Counted from the stretch's first letter, positions 1 to 8,681 are shown. The stretch: DNA of 44,312 nt from a virus (IMGVR_UViG_3300037424_000845:1-44312), one strand, 5' to 3'. The notes: generated from the letters alone by a model not told the origin. Program-made: numbers and translations.

Positions 1-127
1 TTGATCGCGCCGCCCTCCCCGCTGTACATGCCCATCCCCAGGTAACCGCAGTCAAGATCCGGGCGACCCGGCGGGAGATCAATGGGGAACCAGGCGTGGC
101 TCGCTCGCTCGATCCTCGCTCGATCGT
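1..127. repeat. Terminal direct repeat, copy 1 (assembly overlap marking a circular contig)
   Basis: Bases 1-127 are identical to 44186-44312. 127 is a common assembler k-mer size, and an ORF continues in frame across the join. Confidence 0.95.
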
Positions 128-142
128 CGCTCGCCGCGCTCG

Positions 143-265
143 TCATCGCGTCCAATCCAGGTCACAGAGCCACTCGACGACTCGGACTATCACCACGGCG
201 AGCGTCGCGCCGGCCACGACACCGATTGCCAGGCACGCGAGGCCGCCCATGATCCCCGTGCTCAC
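143..265 (-). CDS. Small membrane protein (about 40 aa)
   Basis: GTG start overlaps the upstream stop (GTGA). Single hydrophobic helix GGLACLAIGVVAGATLAVVIVRVV. Confidence 0.55.
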   Translation of the reverse strand: MSTGIMGGLACLAIGVVAGATLAVVIVRVVEWLCDLDWTR

Positions 266-360
266 CATGGACGCCTGCGGCGAAACAGCCCAGCGGCCCA
301 CATGATCCACAACGCAAACATGACGACTAACGCAGCGGTTGCCAATGCCCTGTCGCTCAC
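262..360 (-). CDS. Tiny membrane peptide (32 aa, MSDRALATAALVVMFALWIMWAAGLFRRRRPW)
   Basis: Not in the ORF track; translated by hand. GTGA coupling at both ends, one TM helix followed by a basic tail. Confidence 0.5.
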   Translation of the reverse strand: MSDRALATAALVVMFALWIMWAAGLFRRRRPW

Positions 361-1103
361 TTCTCACGCTCCGGCCCCGGCGGTACTGGCATCCAGTGGG
401 TCGGCGGGTGATCCCGAGTCCATCTTCGGCCCATCATGTGCAGTCGATCGTTGGCCCAGAAAGGGCGAGGCTTTACCGCATACGCGTCGTCATCCCACCA
501 CCCTATGCATGGCGGCATGCGCAGCGCGTCCCACCCGACCAGCACCCGCTCATCCTTCGGCGCGCTATCGATTGGCCGCCAGTCTGGCCATGTGCTCATC
601 GTCACCCGTACAAGCTCCGCGATCTCCGCGCAGAACGCCGGCGGACGCCCTGCGCGCATGACGTTGATCCACACGCCGGGATGTTCGCCAGTGTCCGCGT
701 ATCGTTTCTGGATCGTCTGTAGAACGATCTGTGCGTCATCGCTCCACATGATCCCCGTGAGTGCATCCTCGGTTGACCGCCAGAGCTTCGTCGCGTCTGG
801 GCGCGTCGTATGAAACGCCGGGGCGGATGGAAGCGGATTGCCCGCACGGCCGAGGTGACTCTGTGGACGTGGCATCTTGAACACCACCTCAACCGCGATC
901 GCCCCTGTCATCGGAGGCACACCAGGGAACGATCTCCGAGCCTCTGTCGCGACGATGGTCCGCCACACCGCCGTCTTGTGCCCCCCGTCGTCGACGATCC
1001 GCCCCTTCCCGACATGGCGCTTCGATCCACCAGGTCTTGGAGTTCCACGCACGGACATAGACCGCGTTTCATGGGTGGTGGCCATCGCGGTATCCACGCT
1101 CAC
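357..1103 (-). CDS. rusA: RusA-family Holliday junction resolvase with a C-terminal DUF551-like domain
   Basis: RusA motifs GTPRPGGSKR and RPDATKLWRSTEDALTGIMWSDDAQIV. C-terminal WRPIDSAPKD...PTHWMPVP resembles DUF551. Confidence 0.85.
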   Translation of the reverse strand: MSVDTAMATTHETRSMSVRGTPRPGGSKRHVGKGRIVDDGGHKTAVWRTIVATEARRSFPGVPPMTGAIAVEVVFKMPRPQSHLGRAGNPLPSAPAFHTTRPDATKLWRSTEDALTGIMWSDDAQIVLQTIQKRYADTGEHPGVWINVMRAGRPPAFCAEIAELVRVTMSTWPDWRPIDSAPKDERVLVGWDALRMPPCIGWWDDDAYAVKPRPFWANDRLHMMGRRWTRDHPPTHWMPVPPGPEREK

Positions 1104-1321
1104 CCCTTGCTCTCGAACGCCGATAGCTGTGCCGATGGGATCGCGCTGATTGTCACGTCCACGAGGTCGCGGGTGAGGGTCGCGAGCGACTCCGCCACCC
1201 CGTCGATCGCTGGCACCGAGACGGTGATCTGGATCGCCGGCGGGGCCTCGATGGCCTTGGCGTCAGCGGTCACGACGATCTTCGTGATCCGGCACTGCGG
1301 AAGGACTAGAACGTGATCCAT
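1100..1321 (-). CDS. Hypothetical protein
   Basis: 73 aa ORF with upstream AAAGG RBS-like sequence and GTGA coupling to rusA. Confidence 0.6.
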   Translation of the reverse strand: MDHVLVLPQCRITKIVVTADAKAIEAPPAIQITVSVPAIDGVAESLATLTRDLVDVTISAIPSAQLSAFESKG

Positions 1322-1579
1322 GGTGGTCCCTTTCTGTCAAAGATTGTTTCCACTGTGCTCATCTGTGCAGCCAAAACATAGCAAAACCTGCATATTCGCA
1401 GCGGAGCCCGTAGGCGCGTTTTTCCAGTCGGACCTTCACCGAGGACTGCCCAGGCCCCGAAAATCGCTCCTAGGCCATCGTCTGCCAGCGTAGCGGGGCC
1501 TCTCGCTGGTAGGTACAAGCCGCAGCCCCCAGGCCAGCCGGGACCGGTAGGTGTACCGGGTCGGGTCCAGGGGCGGCGG

Positions 1580-1864
1580 TCATCGGGGTACCTTGATCCG
1601 TCCGACAATGCGATTTTCCACCGAAAACTGCCGGTAGTGGGGCGGGCAGTAGTCGCAATCGTCCCCAACCGGGTGTCGATGGAGTGCGCACATGCGGCGG
1701 TCACAGGTCTTCGGTTCACCGTTCGGCCCCTTCGTCGGGTAGTCGCACAGAAACTCCCCAACGAGACGGCACCCCGGGCTTGCACAGGTCGGCGCCGGCT
1801 TCCGGCCGTGGCTGCAACATACCCCGCGCGTGCCGTCCGGAAGCTCGAAGAAATCACAGCCCAT
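1580..1864 (-). CDS. Cys/His-rich putative zinc-binding phage protein
   Basis: Motifs LCDYP, TCDRRMCALH and DYCPPH; GAGGAGG RBS. Confidence 0.7.
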   Translation of the reverse strand: MGCDFFELPDGTRGVCCSHGRKPAPTCASPGCRLVGEFLCDYPTKGPNGEPKTCDRRMCALHRHPVGDDCDYCPPHYRQFSVENRIVGRIKVPR

Positions 1865-2095
1865 GGCCTACCTCCTCTCAGCGAACTCAACCCTCATCCC
1901 ATCCGGCAGCACGTACCACAGCCGCACGAGCACCGGCACGTGATCGACCTCCACGTAGGCGACCCCGTCAGCTTGAGCGCACGCGCGACGCCAGCCGCCA
2001 TGCCGGGCCACCTGAAACCAAGACCCGCCGCCAGAAACGCCCGTGCCCGGTGTTGGCACCCCGAGCGGGTAGACCGGGACAGCCCTGGCGGCGGG

Positions 2096-2722
2096 TCAAA
2101 ACGGCAGGTCAATCTCCACCTCCGGCTCGGGGTCGTCGCGCGGTAGCTCGGGTCCGGTCTGGATGCTCGACCCGCGGTGTCGCCACGAGTCAGGGAGTCG
2201 GCCAATCTGGCCGAAGGTCGCGATCGCCGACATGAGCGCCACGCACAGGTCGTCGAGCTCGAGGTACGTGAGCTGGCGCACGTAGCCCGCCTCGAGGACG
2301 ATCCCGCGCGCGCCGTCGCGCTGAGTCCGGTAGTCGGCGGCCCACAGCATCGGCGGGCGGCGGTGGTGACCCTTGGACTCACACCCTGGGGCCTCGCGGC
2401 AGTCCGGCGTCTGGCACGCCGGCCGGGTGAACGCCGCTCCGCAGTGGATCCGCGACCCGACTTGTTGATCCTCGCGGGTCCACGGGTCGACCCAGGATCC
2501 GCACGCGTAGGGACGCCGGACCCAGCCCGTGGAGGTCCAACCGGTGCGGCACGGAAGCATCACGTAGCCCAGCGGGACCGCGCCGGGTTGGCCCCGGTCG
2601 CCGCCGCCGCAGCGAGGACAGATCGGGTTGGCCTTCCGGATCCTCCCGGATGCCAGCGCCTCGTCGATCCGTTGCTGTAGCTCCGGGAACGTGGACCCCA
2701 TGTCGGCGTGGATATGCCTCAT
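2096..2722 (-). CDS. Replication-associated Cys-rich protein with an acidic C-terminal tail (..EVEIDLPF)
   Basis: ATGA-coupled directly behind the initiator, in the lambda P/DnaC position. Contains CPRCGG and further Cys clusters. Confidence 0.6.
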   Translation of the reverse strand: MRHIHADMGSTFPELQQRIDEALASGRIRKANPICPRCGGGDRGQPGAVPLGYVMLPCRTGWTSTGWVRRPYACGSWVDPWTREDQQVGSRIHCGAAFTRPACQTPDCREAPGCESKGHHRRPPMLWAADYRTQRDGARGIVLEAGYVRQLTYLELDDLCVALMSAIATFGQIGRLPDSWRHRGSSIQTGPELPRDDPEPEVEIDLPF

Positions 2723-3873
2723 CGCCAGCTCCTCGTGTGTCGTTGGTGGAAATCGTTGAACCAGTCGCCCAGGAAGTTGCCTTGCGCGATGGCTCGGGTT
2801 CGGTACTCGGCCCGCTCGTCGTCGGTCGCGGCGGGGAATTGATCGATGAGTTCCGCGGCGCGCAGGTTCGGGTGGTTGGCGATCCCAGTCCCGTTACCGT
2901 TCGCGCTTGCCCTCGCGCGAGCCGACTCGATGTCCAGCCCGGACCACCCACCTTCGAGCGCCTTCGAGACGTGGGCGGGCTTGAACAGCCACGGGAGCGT
3001 CACAGTCCAGACGACCCCGGACTGAGACGACGGGTGAGCGGATCCCTCGCCGACCCACCTCGGTACGGCCATCGCGGCTCGGACGTAGGCCACAGCCCAG
3101 TCGAGTCCGTGGGCCACAATCGCGGCGGTGACGTGGAGCTTCGCCCCCTTCCAGGCCGAAACAGGGGCGGATTCGGAGACGCGGCGGGATCGCACGGGTT
3201 CGGAGTCGTTCCAGGCGGATCGGATCGCTTCGAGGTCATCGATCGAAACGGACGGCCGGGCGGGCCGCTTCGGAACCGGCCGGCAGGGCGGGAGGTCCGC
3301 CGACCGGCCATCTCCTGATTCTGAATCTATGGAAGTGGGAGTGGGAGTGGGAGTAGTGTGACAAGTCCGTGACAGGTGTGACATGTCACGTGACATCCGT
3401 GACAAGTCCGTGACAGTCACACTACCTACTGTGACAGACTGTGACACACTTTGACGGGAGAGTCGGCTAAGTCGTTGTCTGCACGTATCTCCGCACGATC
3501 GGCTCCTTGCGTCGGTGCTGTGGTAAGTTGCGCCACAAGACTCGCAAGTCTTCGGGATTGCGCGTTCTGACTCTCGTCTGTCACGGTCCGCGACGTACTT
3601 CGGGGCGTTTTTGTGCAGGTTGTGGATGGAAAGTGTCCCGTCCATGTCGTCCAGAAACCCGACCTCGAGGAGCGCGGAGGTCAGGATGCCGGGGTCACCG
3701 ACCCACTTTGCCGCGAGTTCTACGTCGATCGAGTCGCCGACGCGGGGGTCACCCGAGGCGTAGCCGACCCGCCATAGGTACTCCAGGTGACCGAGCACAT
3801 GCGGCTCCGGCATGCGGAGGATGTAGACCAGCCGAACGAACTTCGGGTGATCGAACAGCGTTGGTCGCGGCAC
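2719..3873 (-). CDS. Phage replication initiator / replisome organizer (lambda O-like position)
   Basis: N-terminal DHPKF..L...L....VLGHLEYLW typical of phage initiators, a CESC..CGDTC zinc finger, and a low-complexity linker encoded by iterons. Start reassigned to GTG 3873 behind GGAGG. Confidence 0.75.
   Translation of the reverse strand: MPRPTLFDHPKFVRLVYILRMPEPHVLGHLEYLWRVGYASGDPRVGDSIDVELAAKWVGDPGILTSALLEVGFLDDMDGTLSIHNLHKNAPKYVADRDRRESERAIPKTCESCGATYHSTDARSRSCGDTCRQRLSRLSRQSVSQSVTVGSVTVTDLSRMSRDMSHLSRTCHTTPTPTPTSIDSESGDGRSADLPPCRPVPKRPARPSVSIDDLEAIRSAWNDSEPVRSRRVSESAPVSAWKGAKLHVTAAIVAHGLDWAVAYVRAAMAVPRWVGEGSAHPSSQSGVVWTVTLPWLFKPAHVSKALEGGWSGLDIESARARASANGNGTGIANHPNLRAAELIDQFPAATDDERAEYRTRAIAQGNFLGDWFNDFHQRHTRSWR
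3358..3446. repeat. Iteron cluster, putative replication origin within the initiator gene
   Basis: Eight GTGACA copies (3358, 3369, 3378, 3390, 3399, 3410, 3431, 3441), an 18-bp direct repeat GTGACAAGTCCGTGACAG at 3358 and 3399, and palindromes GTGACATGTCAC and TGTCACGTGACA. Confidence 0.7.
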
Positions 3874-3884
3874 GCACCCTCCGG

Positions 3885-4034
3885 TCAGTGTGTCGGATTG
3901 GCAGTCGGCGCGGGTTTGTCCTGGAGATCCCGGAGCGACGGCCCCCGACGTGGACACGTCTGCTCCTCGTCCGGCTGGGATGCCCGCATGAGCGCCAGCG
4001 CCACGAGGTTGACGAGCGCCTCGTCTGGTTTCAT
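3885..4034 (-). CDS. Hypothetical protein (49 aa)
   Basis: ATGA-coupled to the Cro-like gene and fills the gap before the initiator RBS; translated by hand. Confidence 0.45.
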   Translation of the reverse strand: MKPDEALVNLVALALMRASQPDEEQTCPRRGPSLRDLQDKPAPTANPTH

Positions 4035-4276
4035 GGTGCCGACACTTCCTCGGTTGTGGTCATGCGCGCTTTTTGCGCCCGGTGCGCCTGGTATTGCTTG
4101 GAGATCCGGGCGGGGTCCTCACCGATCCGGGTGAGCGCCTGCCACATTTCCAGGGAGAGACCAACGCCCCGGCACAGGATGTAGCGGGTCAGCATGTCGT
4201 AACTGATACCCAGGGCTATCGATGCGGCCTGCCGGGTGCCGTACCTTTTCACGATTCGATCGAACGGGTTTACCAC
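4031..4276 (-). CDS. Cro-like helix-turn-helix regulator
   Basis: YGTRQAASIALGISYDMLTRY HTH pattern; first gene after a divergent promoter; AGGAGGT RBS. Confidence 0.7.
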   Translation of the reverse strand: MVNPFDRIVKRYGTRQAASIALGISYDMLTRYILCRGVGLSLEMWQALTRIGEDPARISKQYQAHRAQKARMTTTEEVSAP

Positions 4277-4317
4277 GCCAACCTCCTGAGTATGTCGTAA
4301 TGACGCAGTGCCGTTTG

Positions 4318-4346
4318 TTTGTACTCATATTCGCTCGCAGTGTCAA
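4318..4346 (-). promoter_or_regulatory. Sigma70-type leftward early promoter
   Basis: TTGACA-17 bp-TACAAA on the minus strand upstream of the Cro-like gene. Confidence 0.65.
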
Positions 4347-4426
4347 GTCTCCCGTTGAAGATTCTTCGATCTAGAAGCGGCCGCACGGAACAGACGCGCC
4401 CCTTGAAAGATTCTCAAAGTTTTGCG

Positions 4427-4455
4427 TTGACTAATACACACACGCGTCCGATAGT
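4427..4455 (+). promoter_or_regulatory. Sigma70-type rightward early promoter
   Basis: TTGACT-17 bp-GATAGT in the AT-richer divergent intergenic region. Confidence 0.5.
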
Positions 4456-4550
4456 ACTCCACATCGAGGGTCGCTGGCCCGTCCGGTTCGCCGCCGGGCT
4501 GGCTTCCCTCGGATCTTCGCTGGCGACGTGGCGATACACAGGAGGCACTG

Positions 4551-4772
4551 ATGGAGCTTCGAGTCGGGTCCACGCTCCCTGTCTACGGCGGCCCGCGTGA
4601 CGGGGAAACGATGTGCTACCTCGGTGAGAAAACTAGGTGCGTCATCTCATGGAATGGCGTGGAGCATCGCTACAAGGTCTGGAAGCGGGCGTTGCCGTTC
4701 ATCGCTGGCGGGGTCACGACGGTGGGTAATTGCCCGGTATGGGAGTACGACGGGCTGGCCCCCGTCAAATAG
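4551..4772 (+). CDS. Hypothetical protein (GGPRDG motif)
   Basis: AGGAGG RBS; first gene of the rightward arm. Confidence 0.65.
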   Translation: MELRVGSTLPVYGGPRDGETMCYLGEKTRCVISWNGVEHRYKVWKRALPFIAGGVTTVGNCPVWEYDGLAPVK

Positions 4773-4803
4773 TCGCGTGTGCGGCTGACACAGGAGGACG
4801 GAC

Positions 4804-5025
4804 GTGGAGCTGACCAAGGGACAGATGAGGGAGTGCATCCGGGCGCGGGACGAGGTCAAGGCCGCCTATCGGCGCATCGGCCCCGTCATCGAGACGGCCG
4901 CGAACATGGGCGAGGCGACCGAGATGGACGTGCTCGTGCGCACCGAGTTCAAGGCGCTGATCGAGACGCTGAGGGAGTACACCGCGCCGATCGAGGACGC
5001 GATCGAGGCGAGCAAGCGGAAGTAA
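4804..5025 (+). CDS. Hypothetical helical protein
   Basis: AGGAGG RBS; coding-like GC3 pattern. Confidence 0.65.
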   Translation: MELTKGQMRECIRARDEVKAAYRRIGPVIETAANMGEATEMDVLVRTEFKALIETLREYTAPIEDAIEASKRK

Positions 5026-5121
5026 CCACGCATGGCTTCGCCGGTAGCGGGGTCGCGGTCAGGCGATCCGGGAGAGTCTCGGGCCGCCTAAGCCCGCCGC
5101 CGGCGTCTAACGGAGGGTCCA

Positions 5122-5982
5122 ATGGATGAGGTATTCGTGACACAAGAGGCCCCGGCGGTCGGCATGCACGCTGACATCCCCTGGGCCGATTACCACCTGA
5201 TCGACGCCGTGAGTAACTCGCGGCTGAAGGACATGGGGAGGTCACCCGCCTACTGCAAGTACCGGATCGACAACCCCGACCTCGACGACGACACCCCGGC
5301 CAAGAGCGTCGGCAAGGCGCTACACATGGCGATTCTCGAGCCCGAGAGATTCACGCGCGAGGTCATCGGCAAGCCCGATGGGATGAGCTTCGCAACAAAA
5401 GAGGGTAAGGCGTGGCGCGACGACCACCTAGGGATGGTCGTCCTCACGACCGACGACTGGCTGACCGTCCAAGGGATGATCGCTTCGGTCCGCGCGCACC
5501 CCGCGGCGGCGGCGATCCTCCGGCAGTCGACGCTGCGCGAGGCGACGGGGATTTGGCAAGACTCGACGCACGGCCTCACCTGCAAGATGCGCCCCGACCT
5601 CGTGGTCCCGAGCGTCTGCACGCTCGCTGATCTCAAGACCTCGCGGGCGGCTGACCCGTCCGCGTTCCCGCGTGAGATCCACACCCACGGCTACTACCGG
5701 CAGGGCGCGCACTACATCGACGGCGCGCGCGAGCTGGGCCTCACCGTTGACCACTACGTCATCATCGCGGTTCAGAACACTGCACCGTTCGAGTGCTACG
5801 TCTACCGGCTCTCCGAGCTGGACGTCGAAGCCGGGCGAATCCAGAACGCGGTCGCGATGGAGGAGTACTCGCGCTGTCGATCGACGGGCGACTGGCCCGC
5901 CGGGCCGCGCGAGGTCATCGACATCACCATGCCGGTGTGGGCCACGAGTCGGATCTTCGAGACGGCGGGGGAAGAGTCATGA
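5122..5982 (+). CDS. PD-(D/E)XK exonuclease, RecE/exonuclease VIII-like (DUF3799)
   Basis: YH..DAVSNSRLK, GKALHMAILEP, CKMRPD, ADLKT, GYYRQGAHY motifs. Confidence 0.9.
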   Translation: MDEVFVTQEAPAVGMHADIPWADYHLIDAVSNSRLKDMGRSPAYCKYRIDNPDLDDDTPAKSVGKALHMAILEPERFTREVIGKPDGMSFATKEGKAWRDDHLGMVVLTTDDWLTVQGMIASVRAHPAAAAILRQSTLREATGIWQDSTHGLTCKMRPDLVVPSVCTLADLKTSRAADPSAFPREIHTHGYYRQGAHYIDGARELGLTVDHYVIIAVQNTAPFECYVYRLSELDVEAGRIQNAVAMEEYSRCRSTGDWPAGPREVIDITMPVWATSRIFETAGEES

Positions 5983-7118
5983 GTCTCACCCCCATCGACC
6001 GCGCGAAGTACCGAGCCATCGTCGGCTACGTGCAGCCGTCCGTCCCGCGCGCCGGCAAGATCCGGCTCGGTATCAAGGTCGAGAACGACAAGGGGTCCGT
6101 TCACCCGAAAGACTGCCCGTACTTCGTGTTCGACTCCGACCTCGAAGGACGCGACCGGATCACGGACGTGTACGGCGACAAGCCGACTCGCCTCGTCGTC
6201 ATGTTCCTATCAGACGACATCGGCGAAATCTTCCCGCACGCGTACAAGAGTTACCGCAAGGGACTCGGCCTGTGGTGCAAGGGCAACGGCTCTACCGCGA
6301 TGCGCGCGAAGCTGACGAAGGACGGCGCGCGGGATGTGTTCGAGCGCGAAGAGGTCGGCGGCGCGCCGATCACCGTGGAGCGTGCATGCCCGTGTGAATT
6401 GCTGACGTTGAAGAAATGTAAACCGATCGGGAATCTCATGGTCATCCTGCCGGAGATCGGGTTCGCCGCGTATCAGATCGACACCGGCTCTTTGCACAGC
6501 TTCCACAACATCGTGAACTCGCTTCGCCACTATCAAGGGTTCTTCGGCTCGCTCAAGGGCGTGCTGTTTTCGCTCGAGCGTCGCGAGATCGTCACGCACG
6601 GCAGCGGGCGCGAAGAGAAGCATTGGCCCCTCGTGCTCACGACGCTTGGCGCGAAGGAGTACGCGGAACGACGGGCGCGGGTCCACGCGATGCTCTCGGA
6701 GTACGTGACGGTACTCGGTCGTGACATCGCGGGAGATGCGACGGCGGCGGCGCTGCTTGGTACATCAACCGAGCCCGTCGTCTACGAAGGCGCCCCGCAT
6801 CAAGACATCGGATCGCTCGAAGTCGAGCACGACATCATGAGAGATGACGTGGTCGACGACGACGACACACCGGGTGTTTCAACCGAGACGCTCAATGAGC
6901 AGCTCCAGCACGCGACGGCCCCGGAGTCGCATGTCGATCATGACCGAAACGCCTTGCTCGTCGAGCTGTCAGACGACGCGATGCGCGCCGACACGAAGCG
7001 GGTTGCGAACAAGATCGGTATCAACCTCGCGCGGTGGGCCGACTTCAAGAACTTGCCGACCTCCGACCTGCAACGGATCTCGGATCACATCAGAAAGGAA
7101 CAGGGCGAATCGTCCTAG
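5979..7118 (+). CDS. Gp3-like / recombination directionality factor-like protein, probable partner of the exonuclease
   Basis: GKIRLGIK..HPKD.PYFV, LWCKGNG, CPCE..KCKPIGNL motifs; ATGA-coupled to the exonuclease. Confidence 0.7.
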   Translation: MSLTPIDRAKYRAIVGYVQPSVPRAGKIRLGIKVENDKGSVHPKDCPYFVFDSDLEGRDRITDVYGDKPTRLVVMFLSDDIGEIFPHAYKSYRKGLGLWCKGNGSTAMRAKLTKDGARDVFEREEVGGAPITVERACPCELLTLKKCKPIGNLMVILPEIGFAAYQIDTGSLHSFHNIVNSLRHYQGFFGSLKGVLFSLERREIVTHGSGREEKHWPLVLTTLGAKEYAERRARVHAMLSEYVTVLGRDIAGDATAAALLGTSTEPVVYEGAPHQDIGSLEVEHDIMRDDVVDDDDTPGVSTETLNEQLQHATAPESHVDHDRNALLVELSDDAMRADTKRVANKIGINLARWADFKNLPTSDLQRISDHIRKEQGESS

Positions 7119-7150
7119 TACCCGCCAACCGTGGCGGAAGGGGGATACGA

Positions 7151-7444
7151 ATGGCACTGAGCGATGGCGTGAAAGCCGCGATGGATGCGGCTACGTCGGC
7201 GAACTTGGCACTGGTCACCGCACAGGGCGAGGTGCGACGCGAAGTCGGGAACCTCGCCATTGTTCACGGTGAGATCGACAAGTGGACTAAGTACCTGGTG
7301 AACACGACTGACAATATCGGCCGCTGCCGGAAAGCCGAGGCCGAGGCTGAGCGCGCTTTCGCTGAGGCGCGAGAGCGGCTCTCTGTGGCGATCGAAGAAA
7401 GTTCACGCGATGGCTCCGCGGTCCAAACCGCTGCAACCGACTGA
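7151..7444 (+). CDS. Coiled-coil hypothetical protein
   Basis: AAGGGGG RBS; Ala/Glu-rich helical sequence. Confidence 0.65.
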   Translation: MALSDGVKAAMDAATSANLALVTAQGEVRREVGNLAIVHGEIDKWTKYLVNTTDNIGRCRKAEAEAERAFAEARERLSVAIEESSRDGSAVQTAATD

Positions 7445-7643
7445 CGGCGTGCCAGTGGCGAGAACCCTTTCGCGCACTGACGAAGGACCACGGAGACGGT
7501 CCCGGTTTAGCCACGGGACCCTACCTCACGCTCGGCCGGTGGCGGGTGCAGATCGGTCGGTCCACCGGGATGGAGGCGCGTCGGCGGGTCGGGGTGCGGC
7601 GGAGAGAGGACCCGACCCGTCGGCGGCTGACTGGAGGGAGACG

Positions 7644-7814
7644 ATGGACTGCGAGCATGGACGGTGTATGTGCGGCGGGGTGATCGGGTGGACGACATGT
7701 TGGCTCTGTCACGGTGTCGCAGATCCTGATCGGGTGTGCTGGATGTGCCTCGATCACGGCGGGTGGCCCGCGTGCGAGGAGTGCTTGTCCGAGGAGGAGG
7801 AGGTAGCGCAGTGA
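7644..7814 (+). CDS. Small Cys-rich zinc-finger protein
   Basis: GGAGG RBS; CMCGG, CWLCHG, CWMC and CEEC motifs. Confidence 0.6.
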   Translation: MDCEHGRCMCGGVIGWTTCWLCHGVADPDRVCWMCLDHGGWPACEECLSEEEEVAQ

Positions 7815-8203
7815 CGATTGAGACAGACCTGGTCGACGACCGCGACGAGGCGGCGCACCTGCGCGCGCTGCTTGCGGAGCGTGACGCGGAGATCGAGGAC
7901 CTCAAGACCGCGCTGGCGGCTGCGCTGGAGGCATCGATCCGCGAGCCAAGAGAGGCCGACCATGGCGTGCGGCATGTCAAGTGCGCGGAGTGCGGCGGAA
8001 CTGGATACAACGACGACAACGCGGACAGCGTCTACCGAAAGGTGTGTCTGCCGTGCGATGGACACGGGCGCATCGAGCTTACGCAAACTGACGTGTGGTT
8101 CGAGGTCCCGATCTCGCCTGAGTGCGAGATCCTGACGGTTGACCCGGCGAGCATGAAGCGCACCGGCCAGTACGCCCGCGCGCGGCTCGTGTGGGAGGGG
8201 TGA
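7811..8203 (+). CDS. Coiled-coil plus DnaJ-type CxxCxGxG zinc-finger protein
   Basis: CAECGGTG and CLPCDGHG motifs; GTGA coupling. Confidence 0.65.
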   Translation: MTIETDLVDDRDEAAHLRALLAERDAEIEDLKTALAAALEASIREPREADHGVRHVKCAECGGTGYNDDNADSVYRKVCLPCDGHGRIELTQTDVWFEVPISPECEILTVDPASMKRTGQYARARLVWEG

Positions 8204-8204
8204 G

Positions 8205-8681
8205 ATGACCCGGTACGCCGAAAATACATCGGTCCCGAGCGAGCGGTCCAAGGCTGAGATCGAGCGGCTGCTGGCGCGATACGGAGCCACCGATTTCATG
8301 TCGGGATGGGATCAACGCCGCGCCGTCGTCGGCTTCGCAATGGCGCACCGTCGCGTGCAGTTCGTCCTGACCATGCCGGATCGCACGAGCGCGGAGTTCA
8401 CCAGAACGTCCGCGCGAAAGCGAGTGCGGTCCACAACGCAGGCCGAGGCGGCATACGAGCAAGCCGTCCGCCAGCGGTGGCGTGCGCTCGCGCTCGTGAT
8501 CAAGGCGAAGCTCGAAGCGGTAGAGACGGGGATCGCGACGTTTGAGGAGGAATTCCTCGCGCACATCCTCCTACCGAACGGGCGTACGGTGGGGGAGTTC
8601 ATGCTTCCGCAGATCGATATTGCCTACACGAGAGGGACGATGCCCCCGTTGCTGCCGATGCCAGCGAAGGCCGACCGATGA
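8205..8681 (+). CDS. Conserved phage hypothetical protein
   Basis: YAENTSV..ERSKAEIERLL.RYGA and RQRWRALALVIKAKLEAVE.GI.TFEEEFLAHI match a widespread phage family recalled from memory. Confidence 0.8.
   Translation: MTRYAENTSVPSERSKAEIERLLARYGATDFMSGWDQRRAVVGFAMAHRRVQFVLTMPDRTSAEFTRTSARKRVRSTTQAEAAYEQAVRQRWRALALVIKAKLEAVETGIATFEEEFLAHILLPNGRTVGEFMLPQIDIAYTRGTMPPLLPMPAKADR

Noticed and set aside
1-127. Biological direct terminal repeat or att site
   Set aside because: The length equals a standard assembly k-mer and it falls inside a gene, so it indicates circular assembly rather than true genome ends.
6875-6890. Second parS-like sequence TGTTTCAACCGAGACG
   Set aside because: Only 11 of 16 positions match, it is not palindromic, and it lies within a CDS.
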